From Gonapodya sp. JEL0774 (taxonomy: Eukaryota): 45,967 nucleotides of DNA. The DNA lies in assembly GCA_027604505.1 (NCBI GenBank), contig JADIIX010000157.1, positions 1 through 45,967 of the forward strand, written 5' to 3'. Below are positions 26,033 through 39,300 of this stretch, one piece after another. The position numbers and the translations under genes are program-made. The notes beneath the pieces were generated by a model, which worked only from the letters and a program-made list of their open reading frames with translations, ran no database searches and was not told where the DNA came from. The stretch's first letter is position 1. Every line of letters begins with the position of its first letter.

Positions 26033-26494
26033 CTGAATTTATTGTTATATTCGGAGATACGCATTGTCTTTTAGTTATTGCTCTAACTTACTTGCCTAAG
26101 CTGGTTGGCAGCCGCGGTACACACCTGTGCAAAGCCGGAGAGTAGCAATGACTGTGCAATCGATCCCACCCGATCTGCCGACATTGGCGTCCGCCAAATC
26201 AGACTATGACTTGCCCTGTTTTCACCTCACATTCAGATGACACGGAGACTGTCATACTGAATATTTTGGTTGAGAAGTACTGATATCATCTGTTCGTCAA
26301 GTGATGTACTTATTATACACAGCAACACCCAATATGCAGTCAACTTCACCCTCAAATTCGCCGCGCCGTGACGGTTGCCCATCACGCCGACTTCAGGGCG
26401 TTGAGGCCACAGTGGAAGTGTCCGTCCGTGTACTTTGAGAACAACATATAAAATTCCCCACGCTTTGTATGTCTTGGCACGTCACCCAAGTCCG

Positions 26495-28502
26495 ATGGAA
26501 GAACAGGTCATCGAGGTTGCTGAATCAGAACAAGGAGTATCCAACGAGACATCGAATGGATTGACTTTTGATTCCGGTCAAGAACATTCTTTAGGAAACT
26601 CGATCAAAGCTGGAGAAGGGCTTGCAAAACCAGTTCTTTCACCCCTCCTCTCGTGGATCCTGGCTATTCTTTCTGGTGCTACTGTCGCCAATTTGGTGAG
26701 CTCCCTCGCCCCATTTTTGCCTCCGACTCCCAGCTTCTATCGTACAGCAACACCACTGTATTACTACAGTACTACGCAAACCCCATTTTGGAAATCTTGA
26801 AAGCGGAGTTTGATGTTGACACTCAAAGTATAGCTTCTGTTAACGCCCTTCTCCAGGGTGGCTACTGCGCTGGACTGTGAGTACACAGAAATCATCAATA
26901 GTCGCCTAAGCTGTTGTGTAACAATATTTCCAACCGTTTGATATCCAAATCATGAAGCATTTTTGTCACTCCTCTTGGCGACCTCCTTCCTCGAAAGCCG
27001 TTCATTCTTGCTCTCGTCTATCTTTGCAGTATCATCTCGTTCGGACTCTCGTATGCCCCATTTAGGATTTTTCAGACACTATGCTTCCTAATGGGGGTGG
27101 TAACAGTCGCACCACAAGTCATTGTCCCTCTGGCTGCTGATTTAAGCTCGGCAAAGTCCATGGGAAGCAATGTCGGCAAGGTGCGTGATGACTGAAATGG
27201 TGGGTGGGTGGAATGGTTGGTGGCGGCGGTGGAGTGCTGGGTGGAATGGTTGGTGTTGGCGATGGTGCTGGTGCTGGTTTGGCGACTTTCTCTGCAACTG
27301 CTGGGCCAAGCTGAACTACAGTTGTTCCTATTATCTGTCATTACGGTAGATCCTTAGCGGCATTCAAATTGGCGTTCTTCTTGCCCGGGTTCTCTCCGGT
27401 ATAATCGCAGATCACCTCTCATACCATAGTGTCTTCCTTCTCGCCGGCGGGACACAATTGATGCTTGGACTCCTTGTGATGTGGCTAATGCCCAACGTAC
27501 CCCGCAACAATGATGGAATTAGCCTTTGGGAGATTTACAAGAGTTGCTGGTATTTGCTGAGAACCGAGACCAAGTTACAGCAGTGCTCCATCATTGCCTT
27601 TCTATGCTACACAGCTTTCAGTGAGAATCAGCATTCCTTCTCAAATCTCAGCGTGGAGGATCCTGTAACTAGATGATCTTCCTCCATTGCACACAGCAAC
27701 ATTTTGGACGACATCCACTTTCCTCCTCGCCAGTGCCCCCTATTTCTACCCTTCAACAACGATTGGCCTGCTCGGCCTCGCTGGAATTTCAGGGACTTTG
27801 GCGGCTCCTCTGGGTGGCAAACTCGCCGTGAGTATATCGTCAGCACCATGTCTGTTCTGCAGATCTAAACGTTATCTACAAAATCCCCTCCTTGCTTCAC
27901 AGGATCATTTTGGGGGCTCCTTCTTCGTGATACTCGTCGGTATTGCGATTATGACATTGAGTTGGATTATCAGTGTCTCGCTAGGGAAGGTTCACATTGC
28001 TGCGATTGCAGTAGCAGCATTCTGCCTCGACGGTGGGCGACAGATGCAGCAAGGTGAGTGACGAACAGGACATTGCTATTGATCGAAGCTGTTTCCATCT
28101 TGGAGTATATCGACTAGTTGCAAACCAGCTCCGGGTTTACACCATATCTCCGACATCGCGATCCCGAGTTAATGGTGTATACATGATTATTGGTGAGACT
28201 TGCATAATCCTACAGGAATGTTGACCTTTATGCAGCTGATCAATGAGTCTGCATAACTTGGTGGTCATAAAAATTCCCTAGCATATTCAGGAACGTTTGT
28301 CGGGTCCCTTGTCGGCACCCAGTGCTGGGTTGCAGACGGCTGGACGCTCGTTTGTGTCGCTGGGTTTTTCGCCGTGGGTCTGGCGTCTCTCACTTGGGGA
28401 ATGTGGGATCTGCAGGGAGATTTTCGAATAGCCAAGGCGTTTCGATCAAATACCCGATGCGATGGCGGTGGGGACGAGGTACGGAACACTTTGAAGGGGT
28501 AA
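26495..28502 (+). CDS. Major facilitator superfamily transporter
   Basis: Spliced WILAILSGATVANL|YYANPIL...LLQGGYCAGL|IFVTPLGDLLPRKPF...TVAPQVIVPLAADL...GSNVGK|ILSGIQIGVLLARVLSG; FWTTSTFLLASAPY; SRSRVNGVYM. Multiple TM segments. The 3' end is approximate. Confidence 0.88.
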
Positions 28503-28962
28503 ACGAACATAAGCAGAGTGCTGCATTCGGGAATCAGACATAATGGAGCGCGGAAAGATTACGCGTACGCAGCAGACGTTCACAGCTCGTGATAGAAAAG
28601 CTAACTTTGAAGGATTGTCGCCTTCTGTGACGAGAGGATTTATCACCCAAACCACCGGCCCGGCGAGAGTCGCATTTGGAGAATGCAGCTCTAAACGGAT
28701 AGCGTATTGTCCATATTAGACACTTCCATGTGTGGTGGCTCTTCGGAAGAAATGGTCGGAACCTAACCTGTGGCTGAACGGCAATGATCAGTTTCATTTA
28801 TTCGTCTCATACTTTTTATTTTCTCCTTGTCTCAAACGAAAATGCATGAACTGCACGTGTGCACGTACATACATATTTTGATGGGAAGATTGGATATATT
28901 ATGTAGGTGAGCCAGTCGTGCTGAAACGGGCGTGGCGAACGGCATCACATTGGTGGTCAACC

Positions 28963-30598
28963 ATGTCTATTCCATTGCTCACCACCAAAAACCCATACCT
29001 TCTGATTACTAGAAGCGGCTTCGATCCATCAATCCATGTCCCGCCGGCTCTTCGTCTCCGAAGAGCACGATGGTGGATTGACCCTGGCAACACAAAGAAT
29101 TCTCGCTTCGCAGGAAAAGGGAATGAGGAGGAAGATATTGAAGGCGCACCTGTCGAAATATTAGTGACTGTGGCGGTGCATGGTAACGAGCAGGTTGGTT
29201 CCATGTACATTTGAAGCACGATCGTCGGCGATCGGGGTCCATCAGCCAGCATCACCCCGTCAAAATATGATTGAAAACATTTGTAATCATTTGCTTTCAT
29301 TTTAGTGTGGTCTTCGTGCCATAAACCACTTGCTCTCCTCTCAATTCTTCCCATCCTCTGCCAACATCAGGCACTTCCAACCCGCAGAACTGGCAGCCGA
29401 CTTTGATCTCCTGGCGTCTGTCGATGGTGATGAGACCGCTTTCCTCGCTATTGCTTCACGGACCTATTCCGTTTTGGAATCGCCCGGCCTATCTGACTGG
29501 CCGTTCGCGTGGGACTCTCTGACTGTTGTGCTCGGCAATCCTGCAGCGGTCCTTGCCAAAAAGCGATTCGTGGACACAAATTTAAACCGCACTTTCACGG
29601 CAGATATCATTGCGGATGCCGTGAAGAAGGAAGGCCTGCACTTGGCGAGCCCTAAAGCGTTTCGCTTGATCGGAGTGCCTGACCCATTGTCCACCAAATC
29701 TTATTCTCAACCTCCAATCCCTGTGGCTGAGCGCTCACTAGTCCCTCCCATCGCATACCTTATCTCCCACTCCACGTCTCTCCTTGACATCCACTCTACT
29801 AGCTCCCCGACTGCCGCGTTCTCAATTCCACACAACCACCAACTGTCACGCGCCATGTGTGCCGGATTGCCCGTGCCGTTTGTAGTAGAAGGAATGCTCG
29901 ATGTACAGGAAGGGACAACTGGGTGCTGGGCGAGGGAGGTGGGGATGGCGAAAGCCGGGGGGGTGGAATGTGGACAGCATGACGCGGAGGAGGTATGTTT
30001 CGAAACCTGACAGTTTGCGATTAAATGGGGAGCCAATGTGCAGAATCAGTTTTTGGAGACATACGAATCACAGTTTGATATTTGCCCGAAGGGAGTTGCG
30101 CGCGGAGCCCCAGAGGATCCAATCGGAAACCCAGGGTCATTGTTCCGTAGAACTTGGCTGAGAGGCTGTTATTGACAACAGAGGACATTAGATAAAACGT
30201 GTCAAGAACCTAACCACAGGATTCAGACGTCACTGTTTTATCTCACAGTCTCTTCTTTCTCCGCTTCCTATCAGTCATTCCAGAAAGCTGTAGAAATCCT
30301 CACCCACTTGCTTTTCATCGACTCCCCAGTATCTCCATCAACCACAAACACGCCACCCCGTGTTCTCCACATTTCATCATCGGTTTTCTGCCGTTCCAAT
30401 TTCCGCTACGTCAAATCTCCACCACCACCTGCATTCGCTCACATTGCAGAGGGGGAAATCGTAGCAGAGGATGAGCGAGGAAAGATTCTCTGTGATGTCA
30501 AAGGTGGAGCGTACTTGGTAATGCCTGTGGCAGAACACTTAGTACACGTGGGAGAAGAAGCGTGGGTGTGGGGCGTCCAGAAAAAGGACGTCAACTGA
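28963..30598 (+). CDS. Succinylglutamate desuccinylase/aspartoacylase (AstE/AspA, M14-like zinc hydrolase)
   Basis: VAVHGNEQ|CGLRAI (intron about 29194-29305), GNPAA...KRFVDTNLNRTF, LLDIHS and GGVECGQH contain the Zn ligands, substrate Arg/Asn and catalytic Glu. C-terminal barrel-like segment GEIVAED...YLVMP...VGEEA. Confidence 0.85.
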
Positions 30599-30741
30599 TC
30601 ACATATAGAAGAGTAGGGTATGGTCAGCAATTTTGGTGGTGGAATTCATCTCCCTAGAGGACCTGAGAGGGGTATACAAATAATACATTGCGACAATGCA
30701 ATAAATAATAGTGGAAATGGAATGTTCTCAATCTTGCTTCA

Positions 30742-31452
30742 GTGATTGAAGTGCACATAGAATACATAATGCTCTTGTTCCTCTCACTTCAAGTGAAACG
30801 GAAAACTTTTGTGGATTGGTTTGGAGCTTTGCTTGTAGTGGCCTCGGAGCTCCTCTCTGTCAGCCTCACCATTCAATTATTAGCCGACAGAGATAAAAAT
30901 CAAGCCCTCGACTGGAGCTCCCATGCCCGTTCATCCTTTAACAAGATCGCACGAAGGGATGGACGTGGACAGGCGAATAGGCGAGGAGAAAGGAGCACAA
31001 GTACCGACACCGATATTGACGATGTTGCCCGGGGAGTAAGTTTTAAGAGCGATTGGAAGGCTACGATACAAAATCAGGAGATTTGCAGAAACAGGGAGGA
31101 GGGGGTGTGGGGGGCACTCATTTTTGTCGATGATCTTTGGCAATCTGCGTTCACCATCATCCGAACTTCTTCCCCACGCACACTCATCCACGAATATTTA
31201 CCTGCAATTCACACAATGCGGCATACTCCACCAATGATACCGCTCCTCTGCAAGACTACTTCTACCGATCGCAGGTTATCTAAACCCGCGCACATACTCT
31301 CATCTGATGTGTTCCTCGAAGTCACTTCATCGACACCTCTCACCTACACAAGCGATCGCACGGTATTATCTGTGCAGGTTTGGTGCACCATCGGCGCTGT
31401 ATTATGCGCTCGTGACAGTACCGAGAAGGCATCTGACACGCAACTTGGTTGA
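30742..31452 (+). CDS. Possible hypothetical protein
   Basis: 236-codon ORF with an internal GTAAGT donor-like site near 31036. No recognisable motif. Confidence 0.25.
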   Translation: MIEVHIEYIMLLFLSLQVKRKTFVDWFGALLVVASELLSVSLTIQLLADRDKNQALDWSSHARSSFNKIARRDGRGQANRRGERSTSTDTDIDDVARGVSFKSDWKATIQNQEICRNREEGVWGALIFVDDLWQSAFTIIRTSSPRTLIHEYLPAIHTMRHTPPMIPLLCKTTSTDRRLSKPAHILSSDVFLEVTSSTPLTYTSDRTVLSVQVWCTIGAVLCARDSTEKASDTQLG

Positions 31453-31826
31453 TGCACTGCTGGCCGTGACATCACTCGCAAAAGCAAGTGCGAGTCGTCG
31501 GATTATGATTTTGTCGGAGGCGTCTCCACACAGATGGGATGCCAGTGTACACTTGGAACACCAGGATCGCCATGATCACCATGGCTCAACCACTCAACTT
31601 CCACTCGCATTCGTGAGGAGAGCTCTTCCAGTACCACGGATAATCATGCAGTTTGGTGGGTATAAGAAGAGAAGGTAGCCAGATGAAATTTCGGATCAAA
31701 ATTACTCATGATAGTCTGTCCCTCTGGAAAGTCCACTTGAAGCAAAGTGCTTCACTCAGCCCTCCACTACCACCGAACACTCAGTCTGCTCTATCCGCTC
31801 ATTCCCATACTCATTTTGCCACTGTC

Positions 31827-34089
31827 ATGGATACTACTTACTCCAGACTATCTGATCCGACGTACGAGGAAGTGGATCCTAAGACAGTTCTGCCGTTCAT
31901 CCCATGGCCAGTCTATGCGCGTCTCCTCCGGCTCTCTCTCGACCAGCAAGCCATTGCACGACCTTCCCAAGCCCAAGCTCCTGCGCCAGATTCGCTCAGT
32001 TCAACGTCGTCATCTGCCGCGGCTGCGCTAGGCGTCTTCACCGGCACACCAATAGCTCCCGACGGTGACCTCAATCTCTTGCCTCGACCTTCACCGTTGC
32101 TCCTTCGTCTTGCCGTAGCTCTCGACGAAGCGTGCGAACAGGTTGAACGAGCACAAGCTGCATTTCGTTCGTCATCAATAGCCGAGTCGGGCTCGTTCGA
32201 CAAACATTCGACTGGCGACACTGACAACCAAGGGCGGACCAATCTATTGCTGGATTGGACAACTGGCAAACAACTAACAGTGGACGAAACAGAGAGGCGA
32301 AGAGACAACATGGAAATCAAATTGATGACAGCTGTAGCTGTAGATGGTGAGTTTAGAGGTTCATCGGGAAGACTTTAGACAAGAATTTGTTTTCTCACCA
32401 CGGATAATGTTTGCTCCCGTGGCATATGCTTGTTCCTCAACTGCATACTTTCACTTCATATCTCTTCCAGCATCCCGCCATCCACAATATCGCGCGTCCC
32501 CACTTTCATCACTTTCTCCGGCGACAGCGGATGAAACACAATTTCTGCGTCTCGTCCGACTCCATCCTCTGACATCCATCTTTGAACCTACCCTGCAGTC
32601 CATGCACATTTCCTCCCATCCTCATTTCCCGCCAGGCCAACAGGTCCTTAACCCCACTTTGATGCACCAAGGTTCGCGGCGCACCACCCCACTCGCGTGT
32701 CTCCTCGCCCTCGTCCATCAATATGCATTTGTCCCATCACTCATTGCACCCAATCGTCTCGTCCGAGCCTGTGTTGATCTCCTCGCAAACTGCGGCAGTG
32801 GATTGTTTGATCTGGTGATTAGGGACAAGGGTTTGGAGCTGCGTAAGTTCAATACTGGATGGAAGGAGGGTGGAGATATGTGGACGGTGGCGTTAGGTGG
32901 CGTTGGGAGATTGAGGACCGCAGCCGTTACGGGAGGGAGCGGGTCGAGAGCGGAGGAAACGCGACAGCTCCTCGCAGAACTCGCAAACCAATTCAGTATA
33001 CCTGATCCATCAATGCTTGATCCGCCTCCACCGCCACCTCGAGGCGCATCGTCTATCACAGTCGCTCGCCATACTGTAGCAAATGTGATGGTACCTCTTC
33101 GTGACCGAGGAGTCCGGTTCTCGACTTTACATGTGGTTCGCTCTCTTATTCGCTCACTAGCTGGGAACTCTTCCAGAGATGAGGTAACGGACTTACTGGC
33201 GGACTTGGAGACGATGGGTTGGACTTTGCGGGGCGACGACGGGTTTCGAGTGTGGCGAAGTTTGGTCACATTTGTGCTCGAGCGATGGTATGAAGAGCCT
33301 GCGGCACAAAAAATGGCGAGAGATATGGAAGGTGGCTTTGGTTATGGGAGGCCAGGTGCTGGCGATGGTTGCTCAAAGGAGAATGAACGAACGTTGCGTC
33401 GCATTGGAACCAGAGCACGATATGTGGTTGAGATGCCACCTCCACATGTAATACTAAGTTCAGAAGGGGCTCTCAGAGCAGGTTGGTGGGCAGCGAGTGG
33501 TGGAGTTGTAGGGAACAGCTCCGAATCTGAAGAGGGACTGCACCACTCTCATCAAGGCGACTCTGGAACGAATGGTTCAACGCCTTTGCGGAAGTGGATC
33601 CGGTATCCCGTGCTTGTGGCACGATTTCCTCTACCTCACATTCTCGAAAGGCAAGGTGTGGACCATGTCACGGATGCGTTTCGATCTGCGACAGGGGAAC
33701 TCCTTGAAGCCCTTAGCGAACATCTCGTGGCGCTGCAGCTAGACTCAGCGTCGCCAGCCTTGGTCCAGAGCGTACTTCAAGAAATGTCTACAATTGAGAT
33801 GGAGTTAAACTCCCTGGTTGTGGAGGTTACGGAGCAGGATTCACTGGGGGATTTGGCGCCCGCAGCAGAGCCACCTTTGACTGTGCAATGCGGTGTTGTG
33901 CCGACACCTTTTACAGAGCATACTGCATTGCGCATGATTGCCGTGGCGGCCGAGCGTGGGGTAACAGTGCGTGACAAGGTTTTAGACGTCATTATGGAGT
34001 TCGTGCAGACTGTGCATGCGGAAGATGAAGGCGGGCAGACTGCCGGAACTTTGGATGTTGTGATGGAGGAGGTCTTGAGTATGGGATGA
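31827..34089 (+). CDS. Hypothetical protein (~700 aa)
   Basis: Two long ORFs (31653-32378, 32344-34089) joined by a GTGAGT..CAG intron at about 32348-32470. Likely start MDTTYSRL at 31827. No family recognised. Confidence 0.65.
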
Positions 34090-34530
34090 AATGGTGTCTT
34101 GAGCTATAATCGAGAAACTGTGACGGTGGAACATTCGTTGATCGGTGTGGAATGGGACTTCACGGGGTGACACTTGAGACGCTAGCTTCAAAGAATATGG
34201 ATCTCCACGCAATGTTCCATTGTACATACATGATAACGTAGCTAGAGAAATTGGGGCCCACTTGTATGTCCCATTTTACAGAGACGCAATACATGTGGAC
34301 ACCTGCATGGACATTTTCATCGACTCTTACCACTGCACGGACCTAGGCGACCGGGACCTGCCGTTTTTCCGTCAACAGGACACAATACCCGTCTCAAAGT
34401 TGCTTATAGGTTTCTAGAGACAGGCTATAGCTTCTCCCAGTCTATACCTGTTTTAAATATTGATACTTTTGATGTCTGTGTGAATCTTTCGTGCTGTGGT
34501 CTATCCTGTCCATTCCCGATCCCAGCCGAG

Positions 34531-36272
34531 ATGGCATCCACGCAGCGTGAAGCACCCTCCTCATCGTTCTATTTCGATCAGTCTCGCCCTCCACGCCATG
34601 GTGTCTCCCCCGTCCTTCTCCCATCCCCGATGCCTCCATGGGTTTTCACAATCATTGCCGGAGCGAGTCCTTCCGATATCCTTTGGGACTTGCCCATTCC
34701 TGCGCCAGCTCCAGCAAGTCTCTCACACATGAGGCCCGAGCTTCAAAGTCCTGGTATCAATCTCGCAGCTCCGTACGACCGCATTCCATTCAAACATACC
34801 ATGCGAACCACTTGTGTTTGGCCAACATTACTTCATCCAAGACGCATCGCCCGCTATTTCTCTGTCGTAAGTCAATCGAATCGACGAGGCCAGGTGGAGG
34901 GCGTTGTTGCATTCGGGGACTGGGCTGCCGGGAAACGAAACACTGTTCAAGGGGGTTGCACGGGGACCGTTTTAATTCAGGTGAGTCCGACCGGACGCTT
35001 TTCTTTCTGGTTTTGACTTACTCCCATGTGCTTGGCAAAATTGAACTTCTTTCAAGGCCATGGGGGACTCTCGTGATGCATTCAACAGTACACTCCGTCA
35101 TTCTCTGTCCGGAAAGGGAGCTCGCCTCCACAGCATCACGGTTGCTTACAAGAACCCTGTTATACCTAACTCGTGGGCGAGAACTCAAGCTTATGTAACA
35201 TCTCATGGCGAGGGAATCTGCCACACGGTTGCACAACTTGTGGACGCAGAAGGAAAACTTCTTGTGGAAGCAACAGGCACCTGGATCGAGACGTTTAGAC
35301 ACTCAGACGAGAAGCAAGCGAAGTTAATTTCTTCTCTCGCTAATTTGCAGCTGGATCCAGACTTGGTTCCCATCAGCCAGATACAGTTCCCACCCATTCC
35401 GCCGCATGTTGTGCAGCTGACGGACCCGTCCCTCGTCAGCAGCCTTAATCCACTGTTTGTTTCCAAGCAATCGCATTCCAACCGGTCTGAAATGTCGTCT
35501 GCAGTGATCAATTTCGGGGGACTTGATCCCCTTGTCCCCCCACACGAACATCTGCTGAACATCTATTTCATCACCGAGTGCTTATGGGGAGGGGACAAAA
35601 TTACTCGTGGAGGCTTTGCTGCAGCGCAGTGGAACTTGTTGCCTTCAGCACAAGGCTCCGAACTTTCTAGTACCAGTGCAGGCTCTCCTCTTACTCACAG
35701 GACTGAATTTTGGGGCGAGTATGAACTGGGAACTGGAGGTTTCGGAGTGGCAGATCCCGCCACGGCAAGGTGGACTTCAGACGGTGCACTTGTCATGGAT
35801 ATTCATCCTGGATTCCTGTTTACTTTGGCAGAGTGAGTCAGTTTCGATTGATTCTGCGAAGTATGCGAAATGCTAACAACAACTTCTTCTAAACTCCAGC
35901 ACCAGTTTCTCAAACATGAACGAGACTCTGATTGGCACAGGTCCTACTGGCACGTTTTCATGCAATTTTCCGGAGACCGAAGAGGTGGTTATTAGAACCA
36001 TCCCCAGCACGCAGTTCTCAGGGCCATGGATTTCCGTTCGGTCGTATCACGAACGTCAAGAAAATCGTAAGGCCTTTCTGAGTGGGGGCATATTTGTGTC
36101 TGGAAAGGAACTCCTTAAGGGTGCGGGCGTATGGATTCATTTGAAGAATGATTCGGGACGGGCTGGCTTAAATGGTGGGATGGGAGTGGATCTTGGACCG
36201 TTTGCCACGATTATTCGAAACGGAAAGACCGTTCAAAAGGCACCACGTTCACAGAGTACAGCGAAGATTTAG
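34531..36272 (+). CDS. Double HotDog-fold thioesterase-like protein (THEM4/PaaI-like)
   Basis: First fold VAFGDWAAGKRNTVQGG...ITVAYKNPVIP...LLVEATGTWI. Second fold DIHPGFLFTLAE...KELLKGAGVWI. Ends STAKI* (PTS1-like). Confidence 0.65.
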
Positions 36273-36370
36273 TACACGAAGATTTTAGCACACCGTGTTT
36301 ATTTGTACATAATGAATCCATTAGACTAAACACCACTTTATTATGAGATTCATACCAGGAGTGGCTGATT

Positions 36371-39300
36371 TCAGGGGAGAACCATAACGCAGTCTTGGTA
36401 GTTGAGAGCCAACAGGACATCTAGGATCTGATCATTTAGCACGTGATTGCCTGACACAATAATTCTTGTTTCGTTACTCGGAACTGAATTGTCTTCATCG
36501 AGAACTCTCAGCATAACTGGTTTAGTCGCTGAGGCGACCAAACTCGGTGAACGCGACATCCTATTCCCTGTCAGAGGAGACAGCAAGGGAGTTCGCCATC
36601 TGCGAACGAGCTCAACCTTTTCATTTCATGAGCTCACCTGCGGCTGCGAAGTTCAGAGCTGATTTCGTAACCTTGGGTGGTGGTGGTAGATTCGATGAAA
36701 GAAGTTCATTGTCGATTGTTTCCTTTACGTCGCTGACCCACGGAAGCTTGGCACCATCTAAATGGCGAATCACAACCTTCAGCGATAAAGCGGACCCCAA
36801 TGTTGCAACATGCTCTTCAATCAATTCGCGTCCCACAACATCCTTCTCGGTCTCGAAAATGGCGGTGAGCCACAGCTTGAAGGCCGGCGTGCCATTCTCA
36901 AGACGGGGACCATTCCTTGTGTAATACTAGTAATGAGCAAGTAATGATGGTATCAGAAAGTCAAACGCAGCGAGTAATGAAAACGACAAGACGTCTTGAA
37001 TTGAGAATACCCACGTCAATGAGTTGCATCATAGGAGTTATACCTATTCCCGAGGACACCATTCCGACGTTTCCAAAGCACAGGGATGGATGCGATAAGT
37101 TGGCCATCACAGGGTTCCGACCATCTTCACCGCCTCTCATGAACTTCACACGAATGTTGCTACCGGCCTCGGTTCGATCTAGTAAGGGGGTGAACTCTCC
37201 TTTGGTACGTATACGTACAATAAACGGTATTGATCCTTTGCAAAGACTTTTAATTGGAGTGTACGGCCGCTCGATTAGCTTCCCTTCGGCAGAAGAAAGC
37301 TGGATAGAAATGTGATCGCCAGGTGCAAATGTCACCTCAGCGCTAGGATTTGGCAGTGCAAGGGAGCATTGATAGACTTTTGATGATGCTGACGGCGAGC
37401 TTAGGACCTTCTTTTCCTTCAGTGGCAGAAGTCGGTACGCGTGATTCAGAAGCTGTAAGAGCGGCACGTCACTTGTAGTAAACGAAGGTGTCCTGGCAAC
37501 ACGTCCAGTTTCTTCTGCGAAAGACTTCGTTTTTACCACAGAAAGTCTTGCAATATCCGCTCCGGACAGATTGCCGGCTGGATCGACCTTTGCAAAAGCT
37601 TTGATCCTGCCACAGGCCAGGCCCTTAAGCCTGAAGTACTCGATGGTGAGAACAGGAAATGCCGGAGACAACATGAGAAACTCACTGAAACTCCGCGACA
37701 CGCGAGTGATTGTGCCGGCGTCCTGCTCCTGGTAACTCGTCACCGGTGAAGTATGGAGTACAATCAGTTCCAACCACTGCTTGTAGGATGCGCAGACCTC
37801 CGGGATGGTGGTTCATCCAGTCGTTACTCGCTAAATCATATACAACGTCCTTAATGACGATGTATTTCTTGCCTTTCGTCGATAATCTAACAAATCAGTC
37901 CGGACTCCGGTGAAGATTTGCTCATGCATACCCACCCTGCGCGATTTGGTCGTTGAAGTCCTTCCAAGTCATTTCCACGAGTTTTGCTATAACGGGATCT
38001 ACTGCGTTCTTGATCTTGTGCTTGGTCAGCTCGTCGTCATTAACTGCACTTTGAGTTCTCCCCAAACGCTCGTAGACCTTTCGCCGATGACCGAACATCA
38101 TCATGAAAACAGGTACAGAAAGCACGGATATTAAGTATAAAGCTTGTGCAGCCGCAACTTGCGCTGAGGTGGTCGAGATTGAATGTGTGAGCAAATCTGT
38201 GACTCCCAGGTAACCGTTCGTGAGTGCTGTGAAATAGGCAAGGTAACCAGCAACTCTAGAACGCAAAAGAAAAGATGGATTGAGTTTAATGAGAGCTTGA
38301 GGGAGCGGAGCAACACGCACATGTGAAGAGTTCGAATGTACGCTTGAAATCTTGCCAATAACTGGCCCAGTCGCAGAATTCGCACGTAGTGTACAATGAC
38401 GTATCCGGAAAGTACCGACCACGTAGTAACTCCTAATAGAATCAACCCAATTATAGGGTGAATCGACAGTTGGCCGTTTGCGATCTTCCCAAAGATGGCC
38501 AGCTTGAAGCACGGTATCAAATCGTTACCAAAATGAGTCCGCAAACAATCCATCGCGAACGTACCACACCCGATATAAATACTTCAGTATAAATAAAAGC
38601 GCACACTTGCTCGTGAAGTTCTAGCCACTTTTAAAGGATCAGGATGGTTGGAGGCCCAATCCTCAGGCAAACGTGCCGGTGCCTACATCACTCACGTTCG
38701 AATACGTGGTTGAGTTTCTGGCAACGAAAATGGCGAATGGCATCAGGACTCCAAAACACAGTAGCATCAGAGCTGTTTTGCAGATTGGCGTAATCGTCGG
38801 TACCTGATATCTTGAGCTTTAGCGACAATCACTCACATCCGTGAATAATTTGCAGCACTGGGAGCGGATCCATAGTATCGTTCGTTGACACATAAGCGCT
38901 GAAGAAATCTATTTCCATTTTCGCCTTGTTGGGACCGTGGTAAGCGATACTTCTGTGTGATAGCGACCAAGCATACCTATCACAGTAAGGGATGGGATAA
39001 TCAACCAGTGCATCATACACTCAAGATAGTGATCAGTACTTACGTGACCGTAGTGATTCCTGGAGAAATATCGTTGTCGTTTGGATCCCCTGTCACTAAC
39101 TTTCGGGAAAATCCAACGACCTTGAGCCACGTCGTGTCCCCCTTCTTAGAAGTAAGGTCAACGAAATTCTCGACACTGCTGGAACCACCGAGATCAATGT
39201 CCTGGGAAGGAACTGCAAACGCCGTTGACTTGCGATCACTGATTCCACCAACTCCATTGTTCAAATCTGGTTCGTAAGCATAGATATCTTGAGAAGGCAT

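Noticed and set aside
27181..27349. GGT-rich repeat (GGGTGGAATGGTTGGTG twice) and ORF 27072-27341
   Set aside because: Lies in an MFS intron; low-complexity expansion with no evidence of function.
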